The translations under genes were made by a program, and so were the position numbers. From positions 7,467 to 39,466 of the forward strand of contig JAVXCW010000008.1 in the NCBI GenBank assembly GCA_036659275.1: a stretch of DNA of 32,000 nt. The letters run 5' to 3'. The notes under the pieces are model-generated. The model was not told the origin of the DNA and searched no databases. It worked only from the letters and a program-made list of their open reading frames with translations. Of this stretch, positions 1 through 17,501 are shown piece by piece (the first letter of the stretch is position 1; every line of letters starts with the position of its first letter). Source of the stretch: Bacteroidales bacterium (GTDB taxonomy: Bacteria > Bacteroidota > Bacteroidia > Bacteroidales > UBA932).

Positions 1-92
1 CGGGTTTATTGTCAGGCCGCACAAACCATTACAAAAAAGCGTTTGTAACTTTGGCCGGTGAAGATAAGATTGATTTCTACAGCAACATTTAA
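1..92 (+). CDS. rplW: 50S ribosomal protein L23, C-terminal fragment (5' end outside window)
   Basis: Frame 3 reads GLLSGRTNHYKKAFVTLAGEDKIDFYSNI* with TAA at 90-92. It lies directly upstream of rplB, as in the S10 operon. It is missing from the ORF track because it is open at the window edge. Confidence 0.75.
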   Translation, partial: GLLSGRTNHYKKAFVTLAGEDKIDFYSNI

Positions 93-95
93 GAG

Positions 96-920
96 ATGGC
101 AGTACGCAAATTTAAACCGGTAACACCCGGTCAAAGAAATAAAGTAATTAGCGCATTTGACGAAATTACATGTTCAGTTCCTGAAAAATCGTTATTAGCA
201 CCTATCAGCAAATCAGGTGGACGTAACAATACAGGTAAAATGACAATGCGTTATTTAGGTGGCGGTCATAAAAGGATGTATCGTGTTATCGACTTTTTAA
301 GAGATAAAGACAAATACACCGCTACAGTAAGAACTATAGAGTATGATCCAAACCGTAGTGCAAGAATTGCACTTGTGGTTTATGCAGATGGAGAAAAACG
401 CTACATTATTGCTCCTAAGGGTATTAAGGTAGGACAAGTTATTGCTTCGGGTGCAGGTGTTGCCCCAGAGGTTGGTAACACTCTTTTTCTATCAGAGATT
501 CCTTTAGGTACAGATGTACACAACATTGAGCTAGTTCCCGGACAAGGTGCCGCAATGGCACGTAGTGCAGGATGTTATGCTCAACTTACAGCAAGAGAGG
601 GCAAGCACGCTATTCTAAAATTACCTTCAGGTGAAACAAGAATGGTGCTTGTTACATGCCGTGCAACAGTTGGTGTAGTATCTAATCCAGATCACAGCTT
701 AGAGTCTGATGGTAAAGCAGGACGTAAACGTTGGTTAGGCAGAAGACCTCGAGTTAGAGGTGTTGTAATGAATCCGGTTGATCACCCTATGGGTGGTGGT
801 GAAGGCCGTGCTTCAGGAGGCCATCCACGTTCAAGGAAGGGCTTACTAGCTAAGGGTTACAAGACAAGGGATCCTAAGAAGACTACTAAGAAGTTTATTA
901 TCGAGAGAAGAAAGAAATAA
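96..920 (+). CDS. rplB: 50S ribosomal protein L2
   Basis: 274 aa. N-terminus [14 protein letters not shown], plus [13 protein letters not shown] and [14 protein letters not shown] motifs typical of L2. Operon position is L23-L2-S19. Confidence 0.98.
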   Translation: MAVRKFKPVTPGQRNKVISAFDEITCSVPEKSLLAPISKSGGRNNTGKMTMRYLGGGHKRMYRVIDFLRDKDKYTATVRTIEYDPNRSARIALVVYADGEKRYIIAPKGIKVGQVIASGAGVAPEVGNTLFLSEIPLGTDVHNIELVPGQGAAMARSAGCYAQLTAREGKHAILKLPSGETRMVLVTCRATVGVVSNPDHSLESDGKAGRKRWLGRRPRVRGVVMNPVDHPMGGGEGRASGGHPRSRKGLLAKGYKTRDPKKTTKKFIIERRKK

Positions 921-944
921 CGGAATTAAACTGAATAGAGTATT

Positions 945-1211
945 ATGAGTCGTTCAATAAAAAAAGGCCCTTATATAGAGGCAAGCCTAGAGAAAAAAGT
1001 TCTTGCTATGAATGTAGCTAGCAAGAAAGATGTAGTGAAAACCTGGTCGAGAGCCAGTATGATTTCGCCAGACTTCGTTGGTCATACTATAGCTGTTCAT
1101 AACGGAAATAAGTTTATTCCTGTTTATGTTACTGAAAACATGGTAGGTCACAAGCTCGGAGAATTTGCACCGACAAGAACCTTTAAAGGTCACTCGGGTA
1201 ATCGTAAATAA
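945..1211 (+). CDS. rpsS: 30S ribosomal protein S19
   Basis: 88 aa. [11 protein letters not shown] start and [38 protein letters not shown] are canonical S19. Confidence 0.97.
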   Translation: MSRSIKKGPYIEASLEKKVLAMNVASKKDVVKTWSRASMISPDFVGHTIAVHNGNKFIPVYVTENMVGHKLGEFAPTRTFKGHSGNRK

Positions 1212-1237
1212 TTTAATGAAACACAGATTACAGTAAA

Positions 1238-1657
1238 ATGGGAGCTCGTAAAAAAATAATGGCCGATAGGCAAAAAGAGATAAAGAAGCAATCAGCTATA
1301 GCTAAGCTGAATGATGTTCCTACCTCTCCCCGTAAGATGCGCTTAGTTGCAGATATTATAAGGGGTGTTGAGGTTAATCGCGCTTTGGATATTCTTAAAT
1401 ATTCAAAGAAAGAGGCTTCAGTACGTTTAGAAAAACTCATCCGTTCAGCAATTGCTAACTGGGAGTCTAAAAACGAAGCTGATAGAAAAGAGTTAGAAAG
1501 TGGTAATGTAGTTGTATCATCTATTATGGTTGGTCAGGGACGTTCTCTTAAGAGAATAAGAACTGCCCCTCAAGGTAGAGCAGCTAGAATACGTAAACGT
1601 TCTAACCATGTAACTATTGTTTTGGGTAAAAAAGCCGTAAAATCAGAGGAGAAATAA
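1238..1657 (+). CDS. rplV: 50S ribosomal protein L22
   Basis: 139 aa. [14 protein letters not shown] and [13 protein letters not shown] motifs, located between rpsS and rpsC. Confidence 0.95.
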   Translation: MGARKKIMADRQKEIKKQSAIAKLNDVPTSPRKMRLVADIIRGVEVNRALDILKYSKKEASVRLEKLIRSAIANWESKNEADRKELESGNVVVSSIMVGQGRSLKRIRTAPQGRAARIRKRSNHVTIVLGKKAVKSEEK

Positions 1658-1658
1658 C

Positions 1659-2477
1659 ATGGGACAGAAAACTAATCCAATAAGCAACAGGCTTGGTATT
1701 ATCCGTGGCTGGGATTCCAACTGGTACGGTGGAACTGATTATGCTGCTAAAATTTTAGAGGATACAAAAATTCGTGAGTATTTAAATGCTCGTTTAGCAA
1801 AAGCTAGTCTTTCAAAAATAGTTATTGAGAGAACACTAAAACTTATTACAGTTACAATTCACACTGCAAGACCAGGTGTTATTATTGGTAAAGGTGGTCA
1901 AGAGGTTGATAAACTAAAAGAAGAATTAAAGAAAATCTCTAACAAAGAGGTTCAAATTAATATTTTTGAGGTAAAACGCCCCGAGACAGATGCCAATATC
2001 ATTGCAAATAACATTGCAAGGCAGGTAGAAGGACGTGTATCTTACCGTAGAGCTATTAAAATGGCTATCGCAACAACAATGAGAATGGGTTCAGAAGGAA
2101 TTAAAGTTCTTATTAGCGGTAGACTAGGTGGGGCAGAGATGGCCCGTTCGGAGCTTTATAAAGAGGGAAGAACACCACTTCATACTTTCCGTGCAGATAT
2201 AGACTATGCATTAGCTGAGGCACATACCAAAGTTGGAGTATTAGGAATTAAAGTATGGGTTTGCAACGGCGAAGTTTATGGTAAGAGAGATCTTACTCCA
2301 AACGCAGGTGTAAGTGCAAATAGTGCAGGAAACGGATCTAACGGAGGCAGAAATGATCGTAGAAATAATGATCGTAGAGGAGGCAACCGTAATGATAGAG
2401 ACAGACGTAGTAATAGCAGAGGCGGTAACGCTTCCAACAGACAACCACGTCCTGCTGCATCTAAAGAGCAAGAATAA
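1659..2477 (+). CDS. rpsC: 30S ribosomal protein S3 with an extended Arg/Asn/Asp/Gly-rich C-terminal tail
   Basis: 272 aa. [23 protein letters not shown] start, KH-domain [11 protein letters not shown] and [11 protein letters not shown] motifs. The last ~65 aa are low complexity ([27 protein letters not shown]). Confidence 0.95.
   Translation: MGQKTNPISNRLGIIRGWDSNWYGGTDYAAKILEDTKIREYLNARLAKASLSKIVIERTLKLITVTIHTARPGVIIGKGGQEVDKLKEELKKISNKEVQINIFEVKRPETDANIIANNIARQVEGRVSYRRAIKMAIATTMRMGSEGIKVLISGRLGGAEMARSELYKEGRTPLHTFRADIDYALAEAHTKVGVLGIKVWVCNGEVYGKRDLTPNAGVSANSAGNGSNGGRNDRRNNDRRGGNRNDRDRRSNSRGGNASNRQPRPAASKEQE
2352..2378 (+). repeat. 15-nt-period tandem duplication inside the rpsC tail
   Basis: AATGATCGTAGA occurs at 2352-2363 and again at 2367-2378, encoding NDRR twice. 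A degenerate third copy, AATGATAGAGA, starts near 2391. Confidence 0.7.
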
Positions 2478-2505
2478 TTATTAATATAATTATAATATTT
2501 AAGAG

Positions 2506-2534
2506 AGGGTGGCTTGTTAAGCTACCCTTTTTTT
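2506..2534 (+). terminator. rho-independent terminator downstream of rpsC
   Basis: AGGGTGGC (2506-2513) pairs with GCTACCCT (2521-2528): 8 bp with one G-U pair and a 7-nt loop TTGTTAA, followed by a T-run through 2534. It begins 29 nt after the rpsC stop. Confidence 0.7.
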
Positions 2535-2535
2535 A

Positions 2536-2543
2536 TATCTTTG
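2536..2543 (+). promoter_or_regulatory. candidate Bacteroidetes -7 promoter box for the regulator gene
   Basis: TATCTTTG matches the Bacteroides primary-sigma -7 consensus TAnnTTTG exactly and ends 27 nt upstream of ATG 2570. I saw no clear -33 TTTG. Confidence 0.35.
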
Positions 2544-2569
2544 AAACATTAATATTAACTTAATTATTA

Positions 2570-4249
2570 ATGAAATTAACTATTTTACGTCTTCTGTTAT
2601 TTACAGGGAAATTATTTATAATAATATTAGGTGTAGCAGATAATATTTATGCACAAAATAGCAATAATTCTAAATTAGTGAGTGAAGATGCACTAAATTC
2701 TAGAATTGAAATGGTACAGTATATTAAAAAAGCTGAAAAACTTCCATATTCCGCTCCGCAAAAAGCAATATCTTATGCCAACAAAGTTATATCTTATGCA
2801 CAAAAGTATGGAGATATGGAACTTCTTGCAAATGCGCAACTTATTAATGGATACGCTTATGTAAATTATGGCGATTTTGTAACAGGTTTTGAGTATGTTT
2901 TGGATGCAATGAATAACTGTCCTCCTAATAATAAGCCCCTTAAGGGAAAAATAATAATTAAATTAAGTAGCCTCTATATATATTTAAGAGATTTAAATAG
3001 AGCTTTTGAATATGCAAATAAAGCTTTGGATATATCAAATGAATTAAAAGATAGTTCTATGATAGCAAACTGCTACAATGCAATAGGTCTTATAAACATT
3101 TATATTCCCGATGATGAATTGGCCGAGCAAAATTTTCTTAAAGCATTAGATATTAATCGTAAAATTGGAAATAAAAGGGGAATTGTAAGAAATCTAAACA
3201 ATTTGGCTCTATATAAAAGTAGCAACCCTGTTAAAAAAATAGAACAACTATATGAAGCAATAAGTATAAACAAAGAGACAGATGAAAACTGGTCGCTAGC
3301 AGAAAACTACAATAATTTAGGAATGCAATACTATTACTCCGGTAACTATAAAAAGGCTATTGATGCTTTAATGTATGCAAAAATATACGCTCAAAAGGTA
3401 AATGCAAAGGAGCTCATTTTGGATAACAGTAGATATTTGGCAACTATTTATGAAGCAGATGGCAATTTTAAAAGTGCATATAGCAATCTTAAAAATGTAC
3501 TTATAGAGATTGAAAAAGAAAAAATGGTTGAACAGATAAGAATATATGAAACTGATTTGTTACAGAAACGACTCGATAACACAAAAAATACAATAAAAAT
3601 AAGAGCTCAAGAGTATAAAATTACAACAATGAAATATATTATTTTTATTGTTGTATTAATATTTTTCGCTATTCTTTTAATAGCAACATATTTTGCGTAT
3701 AGATACAGACAGAAGAGAGAGATACAATTTTTAAATGATAAAAATGAAATAGAATTACACAGAAGAGAAGTGAGGGAACTTATGTATAAGGAGAAAGAGA
3801 TTCAAGCTAACACTGCCGAAAAAGAATTGGAATATATAAGAAATGAGCTTACCAATACCGCATTCTTTGTTAGAACAAGAGGAGAAATGCTTGCAAACAT
3901 TCAGACACAAATAAAAGAATCATATAAATTATCCGACTCCGATAGATTATCAAAGCTTTATGAAATAAGCAGCGATATTTCACAGTTTAATGCAAAAAAT
4001 AACGAAATGGAAATATTGGTAGACAAAGTAAGTAGTGATTTTGTTTTTAAACTTTCTCAAAAATATCCTAAACTTACACAAAATGAACAAAGGCTTGCGT
4101 CATTACTTAGAATAGGATTATCAACAAAAGAAATAGCAACTATAACCTCTGCACAGCCAAAAACCGTTGATATGGCAAGATATAGGTTGCGAAAAAAAAT
4201 GGAACTAGACTCCGAGGAGAGCCTCCATTATTGTTTATCAAAATTGTAA
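2570..4249 (+). CDS. membrane-anchored TPR-repeat sensor with C-terminal LuxR/GerE-type HTH (putative one-component PUL regulator)
   Basis: 559 aa. N-terminal hydrophobic signal-like segment ending IYA/Q. TPR-like repeats across ~aa 60-330. One TM helix, IIFIVVLIFFAILLIATYFAY, at aa ~355-377 (nt ~3632-3700). Charged coiled-coil region follows. C-terminal LTQNEQRLASLLRIGLSTKEIATITSAQPKTVDMARYRLRKKM is a GerE-type HTH (nt ~4073-4210). Confidence 0.85.
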   Translation: MKLTILRLLLFTGKLFIIILGVADNIYAQNSNNSKLVSEDALNSRIEMVQYIKKAEKLPYSAPQKAISYANKVISYAQKYGDMELLANAQLINGYAYVNYGDFVTGFEYVLDAMNNCPPNNKPLKGKIIIKLSSLYIYLRDLNRAFEYANKALDISNELKDSSMIANCYNAIGLINIYIPDDELAEQNFLKALDINRKIGNKRGIVRNLNNLALYKSSNPVKKIEQLYEAISINKETDENWSLAENYNNLGMQYYYSGNYKKAIDALMYAKIYAQKVNAKELILDNSRYLATIYEADGNFKSAYSNLKNVLIEIEKEKMVEQIRIYETDLLQKRLDNTKNTIKIRAQEYKITTMKYIIFIVVLIFFAILLIATYFAYRYRQKREIQFLNDKNEIELHRREVRELMYKEKEIQANTAEKELEYIRNELTNTAFFVRTRGEMLANIQTQIKESYKLSDSDRLSKLYEISSDISQFNAKNNEMEILVDKVSSDFVFKLSQKYPKLTQNEQRLASLLRIGLSTKEIATITSAQPKTVDMARYRLRKKMELDSEESLHYCLSKL

Positions 4250-4252
4250 TAT

Positions 4253-4260
4253 TATTTTTG
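4253..4260 (+). promoter_or_regulatory. candidate -7 promoter box (distal) upstream of the SusC-like gene
   Basis: TATTTTTG matches TAnnTTTG exactly and lies ~195 nt upstream of ATG 4455. An imperfect second box, TATTTTTA, is at 4404-4411. Confidence 0.25.
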
Positions 4261-4322
4261 CTATAATGTAGTATTATTATAATACTTAATATATTGTTTT
4301 ATAGTTGTTTAAAAAGTATGTT

Positions 4323-4385
4323 GTAGAGAAAATTAGTTGAAAAATAACCTCTTTGTAGTGATTGAATATATAAGAAAAGTAGTGA
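4323..4385 (+). repeat. three direct copies of GTAG(A/T)GA in the regulator/SusC intergenic region (possible operator)
   Basis: GTAGAGA at 4323-4329, GTAGTGA at 4355-4361 and GTAGTGA at 4379-4385. The last copy ends 19 nt upstream of the imperfect -7 box at 4404-4411. Confidence 0.3.
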
Positions 4386-4454
4386 GATAGATTATATAGT
4401 TGATATTTTTACAACAATTAATTTTTAACAAACAATTAACAACTATTAAAAACT

Positions 4455-7400
4455 ATGGTAAAGAAAATATTCTTTATCCTCGTCACTTTATTTACTGTTT
4501 TAGGTTTAAACGGTATTGCTTATGCGCAAGAAAATAAAGTACAGGGGACAATCCTAGATGAAACAGGCCAAAGCGCAATTGGCGTGTATATTCAAAACAA
4601 GACCATTAATAAAGGTACCGCCACAGATCTTGACGGTAAATTTGAATTACTGGCAAATCTTAATGATGTATTGGTTATATCTCATATTGGGTATAAAGGC
4701 CAAGAAATCATTGTTAAAGATTTTAATCCTATTGCTTTAACTTTAGTTCCAGATATGGAGAGCTTAGAAGAGATTATTGTTATAGGATATGGTACTCAAA
4801 AGAAATCTGACGTTTCGGGTTCGGTAACAAAAGTATCTGGCGAAAAACTTGCACAGATGTCTAGATCTGGCGCTGCAGAATCTTTGCAGGGAGTGGCTCC
4901 CGGCCTTAATGTAAACTACGGTTCCGGAGCTCCCGGTGATCAACCTTCTTTACAGGTACGTGGTTTAACATCTTGGGGATCAAGTAATGCTCCTCTTGTT
5001 ATCATAGATGGTGTACCGGGGGATATTACTTATCTTAACCCAGAAGATATTAAATCTATGACAGTTCTTAAAGATGCTGCTACGGCTGCTATCTATGGTT
5101 CGCGTGCTGCTGCGGGTGTTATCTTAATTGAGACAAAACGCGGTGGAAAGCAAGAACCTAAAATTACCGCTTCGGTATATGTAGGTATGGATGATATGCC
5201 TAAGAGAATGGAACTTTGTAATTCGGCCGAGTTTGTAAGTGTAAGAAAGGCCGGCCTTATAAATGCCGGTGTTCCTAATTCTAAATGGCCTAAATATATT
5301 GCTGCATTTGAAAAAGATCCATCTCAATTTGCTGATACCGATTGGCAGAATGAATATTTCCGCAGAGGTATTACTCAGAAATATGATGTAGGATATGTTG
5401 CAGGAAATGAAACTATGAACATTGCTTTCTCGGGCTATTATTCATCAACAGAGGGCGTTGTAGTTGGTACAGATTCAAGAAAATACGGTTTCCGTTTAAA
5501 TTCTGATGTTGTAAGAGGTAAATTTAAAGTAGGTGAATCTGTAAGTGTGAGTTTTATGGAAACAACTCCAGAGGAAAATAGTGGATTCCCAGGGATGTTT
5601 CAGGTTACAAATATAGAACCATTGGTATCTGTATACAATGAGAAAAATGAGGGCGGATATGGTGGAGCAATCCCTGGTATGGGAATGTCTGATGCCGGTA
5701 ATCCGGTTGCATTTAATAACTTAATTGATACTAAAATTAAGAATAATAATGTTGCAGCTTCTGCTTACGTACAATATCAACCTATTAAGGATTTAACAAT
5801 TAAATTCCAAGGTGGTACCAATATAGATTACTATCATTATAAGAGTTTTTCTCCTACATATTATATAGGGTCTCTTAAGGTGAATAAAATAGCATCTCTA
5901 TATGAGCAAAGAAGTAAAACTGTTGCTACATTATTGGAGTTAACAGCTAACTATAACAAAACATTTGGAGAAAAACATAATTTTCAGGCAATGTTAGGTA
6001 TTTCTCAAGAAGAAAATAAATATGATGATCAATCTGGATCTGCTAAACAGTTTGAAAATAACGAATTACCATGGCTTTCTCATGGCCAAACAGGGTTTGC
6101 TGTAAAGGGTGGTTTTAATCGTTATGGGTTAAGATCTGCTTTTGCCAGAGTAAATTATAATTACGATTATCGTTATTTATTTATGGTTTCTGCCAGATAT
6201 GATGGTTCTTCTAGGTTTGCTTCAGGTAATAAATGGGGATTTTTTCCATCAGCTTCGGTTGGTTGGAATATAGCAAATGAGAAATTTTGGAAAGAGATAA
6301 AAGAGACTGTTTCCACATTTAAGTTGCGTTTGAGCTATGGTGCTTTAGGTAATCAATCTATAGGTAATTATAAATATATTCCTGTGTTATCTTCAAATAC
6401 TAATAATCTTAACTACCCGCTTAATGGTAATGCGGTAAATATGGGATATGGAATAGGTTCCCTCCCTTCTGCAAATATTAAATGGGAAACAACTCTATAT
6501 AGCAATATTGGTGTTGATTTAGGATTCTGGAATAATAAGTTGGAAGTATCAGCAGAGGGGTATATTAAAAATACTGTTGATATGCTTTCTGAAAAAAATA
6601 TTAGTGCATGTACCGGTTTTGGTTCTTTAATTGTAAATGACGGTAAATTACGTACTACAGGATTTGAAATTCAAGCTATTTATCACGGAACTGCAGGTAA
6701 GAAATTTAGATATGATATAGACTTAAATTTATCTCATTTTAAAAGTGTTCTTAAAGAGATGGCAGACCCCGGATATCTTTCGGAATCGGGCCCTGCTCGT
6801 TCATATGTAGGTGGAGAGATTGGGGAGTTTTGGGTAACTAAAACTGCAGGTATTTTCCAAAATCAAGGAGAAATTGACGAGTGGAATAAAAACAATGGTT
6901 ATAAAGACGAAAATGGTGATTGGGTTGCTATGCAAAATTTAGCAAAACCTGGTGATATCCGTTTTATAGATCAAAATGGTGATGGTAAATTAGATTCAGG
7001 AGATAAAGTAAAAGTAGGTTCCGGCATGCCAAAGGTTGTTATGGGGCTTAATGTTAATTTAGCTTATGGTGCATTTGATTTAGTAGCTAACTTCTATGGC
7101 AATTTTGGAGTAAAACGTTATAATTACACTAAATTTCAATTAGAGAGAATGGATCATGTATTTAATTATGGAAAAAATGCTTTAAACGCATGGACTCCAG
7201 AGAAGCCTAATACCGATATTCCTAGAGCCGTACTTGGAGACCCTAATGGCAATACTATAATTTCAGATCGTTTTGTAGAAGATGGTAGTTATTTAACACT
7301 TAATAATTTACAAATAGGGTATAATCTTCCTTCTAGTATTTGCAAAAAAATAAGAATAGATAATTGTCGTATTTACCTTGCAGCAACACGCTTGTTTACT

Positions 7401-7541
7401 ATTACAGGTTATGATGGCTATGATCCTTCAACAGGAAATACATATAATAGTACATCAGATGGTTCCAATTTTATGGGTGTGGATTATGCAATATATCCAT
7501 TGAGCCGTACCTATATGATTGGTGTTAAATTTGGTTTTTAA
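4455..7541 (+). CDS. SusC/RagA-family TonB-dependent outer-membrane transporter
   Basis: 1028 aa. Signal peptide ending AYA/Q, then a carboxypeptidase-regulatory-like N-domain (VQGTILDETGQSAIGVYI...TDLDGKFEL). Plug motif IVIGYGTQKKSDVSGSV. C-terminal beta-barrel ends in F. No STN domain. A SusD-like gene follows immediately. Confidence 0.95.
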   Translation: MVKKIFFILVTLFTVLGLNGIAYAQENKVQGTILDETGQSAIGVYIQNKTINKGTATDLDGKFELLANLNDVLVISHIGYKGQEIIVKDFNPIALTLVPDMESLEEIIVIGYGTQKKSDVSGSVTKVSGEKLAQMSRSGAAESLQGVAPGLNVNYGSGAPGDQPSLQVRGLTSWGSSNAPLVIIDGVPGDITYLNPEDIKSMTVLKDAATAAIYGSRAAAGVILIETKRGGKQEPKITASVYVGMDDMPKRMELCNSAEFVSVRKAGLINAGVPNSKWPKYIAAFEKDPSQFADTDWQNEYFRRGITQKYDVGYVAGNETMNIAFSGYYSSTEGVVVGTDSRKYGFRLNSDVVRGKFKVGESVSVSFMETTPEENSGFPGMFQVTNIEPLVSVYNEKNEGGYGGAIPGMGMSDAGNPVAFNNLIDTKIKNNNVAASAYVQYQPIKDLTIKFQGGTNIDYYHYKSFSPTYYIGSLKVNKIASLYEQRSKTVATLLELTANYNKTFGEKHNFQAMLGISQEENKYDDQSGSAKQFENNELPWLSHGQTGFAVKGGFNRYGLRSAFARVNYNYDYRYLFMVSARYDGSSRFASGNKWGFFPSASVGWNIANEKFWKEIKETVSTFKLRLSYGALGNQSIGNYKYIPVLSSNTNNLNYPLNGNAVNMGYGIGSLPSANIKWETTLYSNIGVDLGFWNNKLEVSAEGYIKNTVDMLSEKNISACTGFGSLIVNDGKLRTTGFEIQAIYHGTAGKKFRYDIDLNLSHFKSVLKEMADPGYLSESGPARSYVGGEIGEFWVTKTAGIFQNQGEIDEWNKNNGYKDENGDWVAMQNLAKPGDIRFIDQNGDGKLDSGDKVKVGSGMPKVVMGLNVNLAYGAFDLVANFYGNFGVKRYNYTKFQLERMDHVFNYGKNALNAWTPEKPNTDIPRAVLGDPNGNTIISDRFVEDGSYLTLNNLQIGYNLPSSICKKIRIDNCRIYLAATRLFTITGYDGYDPSTGNTYNSTSDGSNFMGVDYAIYPLSRTYMIGVKFGF

Positions 7542-7566
7542 TTATAATAGAAGAATATAGAATATT

Positions 7567-9093
7567 ATGAATATTAAAAATATACTAATAGCCTTTTTGG
7601 CAATAACAATGGGATTGTCTTCTTGTACAGGTTTCTTAGACGAGGAGAGTAATCCAAATTATCTTACCCCTTCTACATTTTGGAAAAGTGAGGGCGATAT
7701 TAAAAAGGGGTTAACTTCGGCTTACGCTCGTTTACAGCCTAGTATGGGTTGGGGCGCACCTTATGAGCGCTTTATAGTTTTAGATAATTATAGAAGTGAC
7801 GAGTTAGATTTTAGAGCAGACGTGCCAGAGTGGAGCCGTCTTGCAATGTTTGCAAATACACCTAACGATTGGAGTTGTTGTATGGGTGAATGGAGCAATT
7901 TATATAAAGGAATTAATTATTCTAATCAATGTATAGATAATATTCCTAATGTACCCGAGGTTTCTGACGAGGTAAAAAATCGTTCATTAGCCGAGGCTCG
8001 TTTCCTTAGAGCATATTATTATTATCGCTTATACATGAATTTTGGCGAAATTATTCCTCTATATGAGCATGAGATAAAAGGCTCTGAAGAAGAATTTTAT
8101 CCTAAACAAGCAGAAGCCGGTGTTGTTGTTGCGTTTATAGAGAAGGAACTTATAGATGTTCAAAAATATCTTCCTGAGCCGGAATTTTGGGCTTCTATGA
8201 ATGAGCATGGTCGTGCTACTAAATACATGGCAGCCGGTATTCTTGCAAAATTCTACATGTTTCGTAATCAATTAGATAAAGCAGAGGTTGAGTTATCTAA
8301 GATTATAGAAAGTGGCAAGTTTGGCCTTTTAGATAATTATGCAGATTTATGGGATGGCTTGCACAAAAATAGTGAAGAGGCTGTATTTGAAATTCAATTT
8401 TCGGGTAATAATGAAGGTGGAAGGAGAGAGTTTAATCGTATTGCTTTACACTTAGCATCTTTTAATGCAGAAGGTTATGAGGAAGCTTACCCATCTGCAT
8501 GGTTATTTGAGACAATGAAAAAAGATAAAACAGTTGATGGAAAATATAGTGACAGGTTATATTCTACTATTATATTTAATGATTCTAAAACTAAACCGTT
8601 TTATTTTGGTGAGGGAGAAAAATTCACAGATTGGCATGGAGAAAATGAGATTTTTTGGCATAAATTTATGACATGGGATGAATCGTTAAGTGATTATTGG
8701 GATTGGAGTGCATTTAATATTCCTGTTATTCGTTATGCAGATGTACTATTGCTTTATGCAGAGTGTATTAACCAAAAAGGGGCAACAGGCAAGGCAATAG
8801 ATTATATAAATATGGTACGTGATCGTGCAAACGTAGCACAACTTCCTCGTACAATGGGTAAGGCGGATGTCCTTAAACATTTGCAGGAAGTTGAGAGACC
8901 TTGTGAGTTGGCATTAGAAGGAGCTCGTTGGTATGATCTTGTTCGTTGGGGAATTGTTAGTCAGAGTCTAAAGGCTCACAATAAGCCATATGCAGAAAAT
9001 TATGTTGATACTAAACATAAATTAATGCCTATTCCTCATGATGAGTTTTTACTAAATCCAGATTGGGTTCAGAATCCTGGATTCTCTAAATAA
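7567..9093 (+). CDS. SusD/RagB-family surface glycan-binding lipoprotein
   Basis: 508 aa. Lipoprotein signal with LSSC lipobox. TPR-like SusD core (RFLRAYYYYRLYMNFG; RYADVLLLYAECINQKG; ELALEGARWYDLVRWG). Located 25 nt after the SusC-like gene. Confidence 0.93.
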   Translation: MNIKNILIAFLAITMGLSSCTGFLDEESNPNYLTPSTFWKSEGDIKKGLTSAYARLQPSMGWGAPYERFIVLDNYRSDELDFRADVPEWSRLAMFANTPNDWSCCMGEWSNLYKGINYSNQCIDNIPNVPEVSDEVKNRSLAEARFLRAYYYYRLYMNFGEIIPLYEHEIKGSEEEFYPKQAEAGVVVAFIEKELIDVQKYLPEPEFWASMNEHGRATKYMAAGILAKFYMFRNQLDKAEVELSKIIESGKFGLLDNYADLWDGLHKNSEEAVFEIQFSGNNEGGRREFNRIALHLASFNAEGYEEAYPSAWLFETMKKDKTVDGKYSDRLYSTIIFNDSKTKPFYFGEGEKFTDWHGENEIFWHKFMTWDESLSDYWDWSAFNIPVIRYADVLLLYAECINQKGATGKAIDYINMVRDRANVAQLPRTMGKADVLKHLQEVERPCELALEGARWYDLVRWGIVSQSLKAHNKPYAENYVDTKHKLMPIPHDEFLLNPDWVQNPGFSK

Positions 9094-9103
9094 TTGTATA
9101 ATT

Positions 9104-9140
9104 AAGGCTGTCACCACATAAATGGGCGGCAGCCTTTTTT
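9104..9140 (+). terminator. intrinsic terminator or attenuator hairpin between the SusD-like gene and the hydrolase genes
   Basis: AAGGCTG (9104-9110) pairs with CAGCCTT (9130-9136), with extra partial pairing inside, followed by a T-run through 9140. Confidence 0.55.
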
Positions 9141-9145
9141 AATAA

Positions 9146-17490
<8,345 letters not shown>

Positions 17491-17501
17491 TGCCTAAACT
17501 T

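Noticed and set aside
987-2471. Antisense ORFs 987-1193, 1228-1440 and 2241-2471 opposite rpsS, rplV and rpsC
   Set aside because: They are shadow ORFs of highly conserved ribosomal-protein genes.
6969-7004. EF-hand-like DQNGDGKLDSGD loop in the SusC-like protein
   Set aside because: Such DxNGDGxhD calcium-binding-like loops are a common feature of SusC/RagA-family barrels and are not a novelty.
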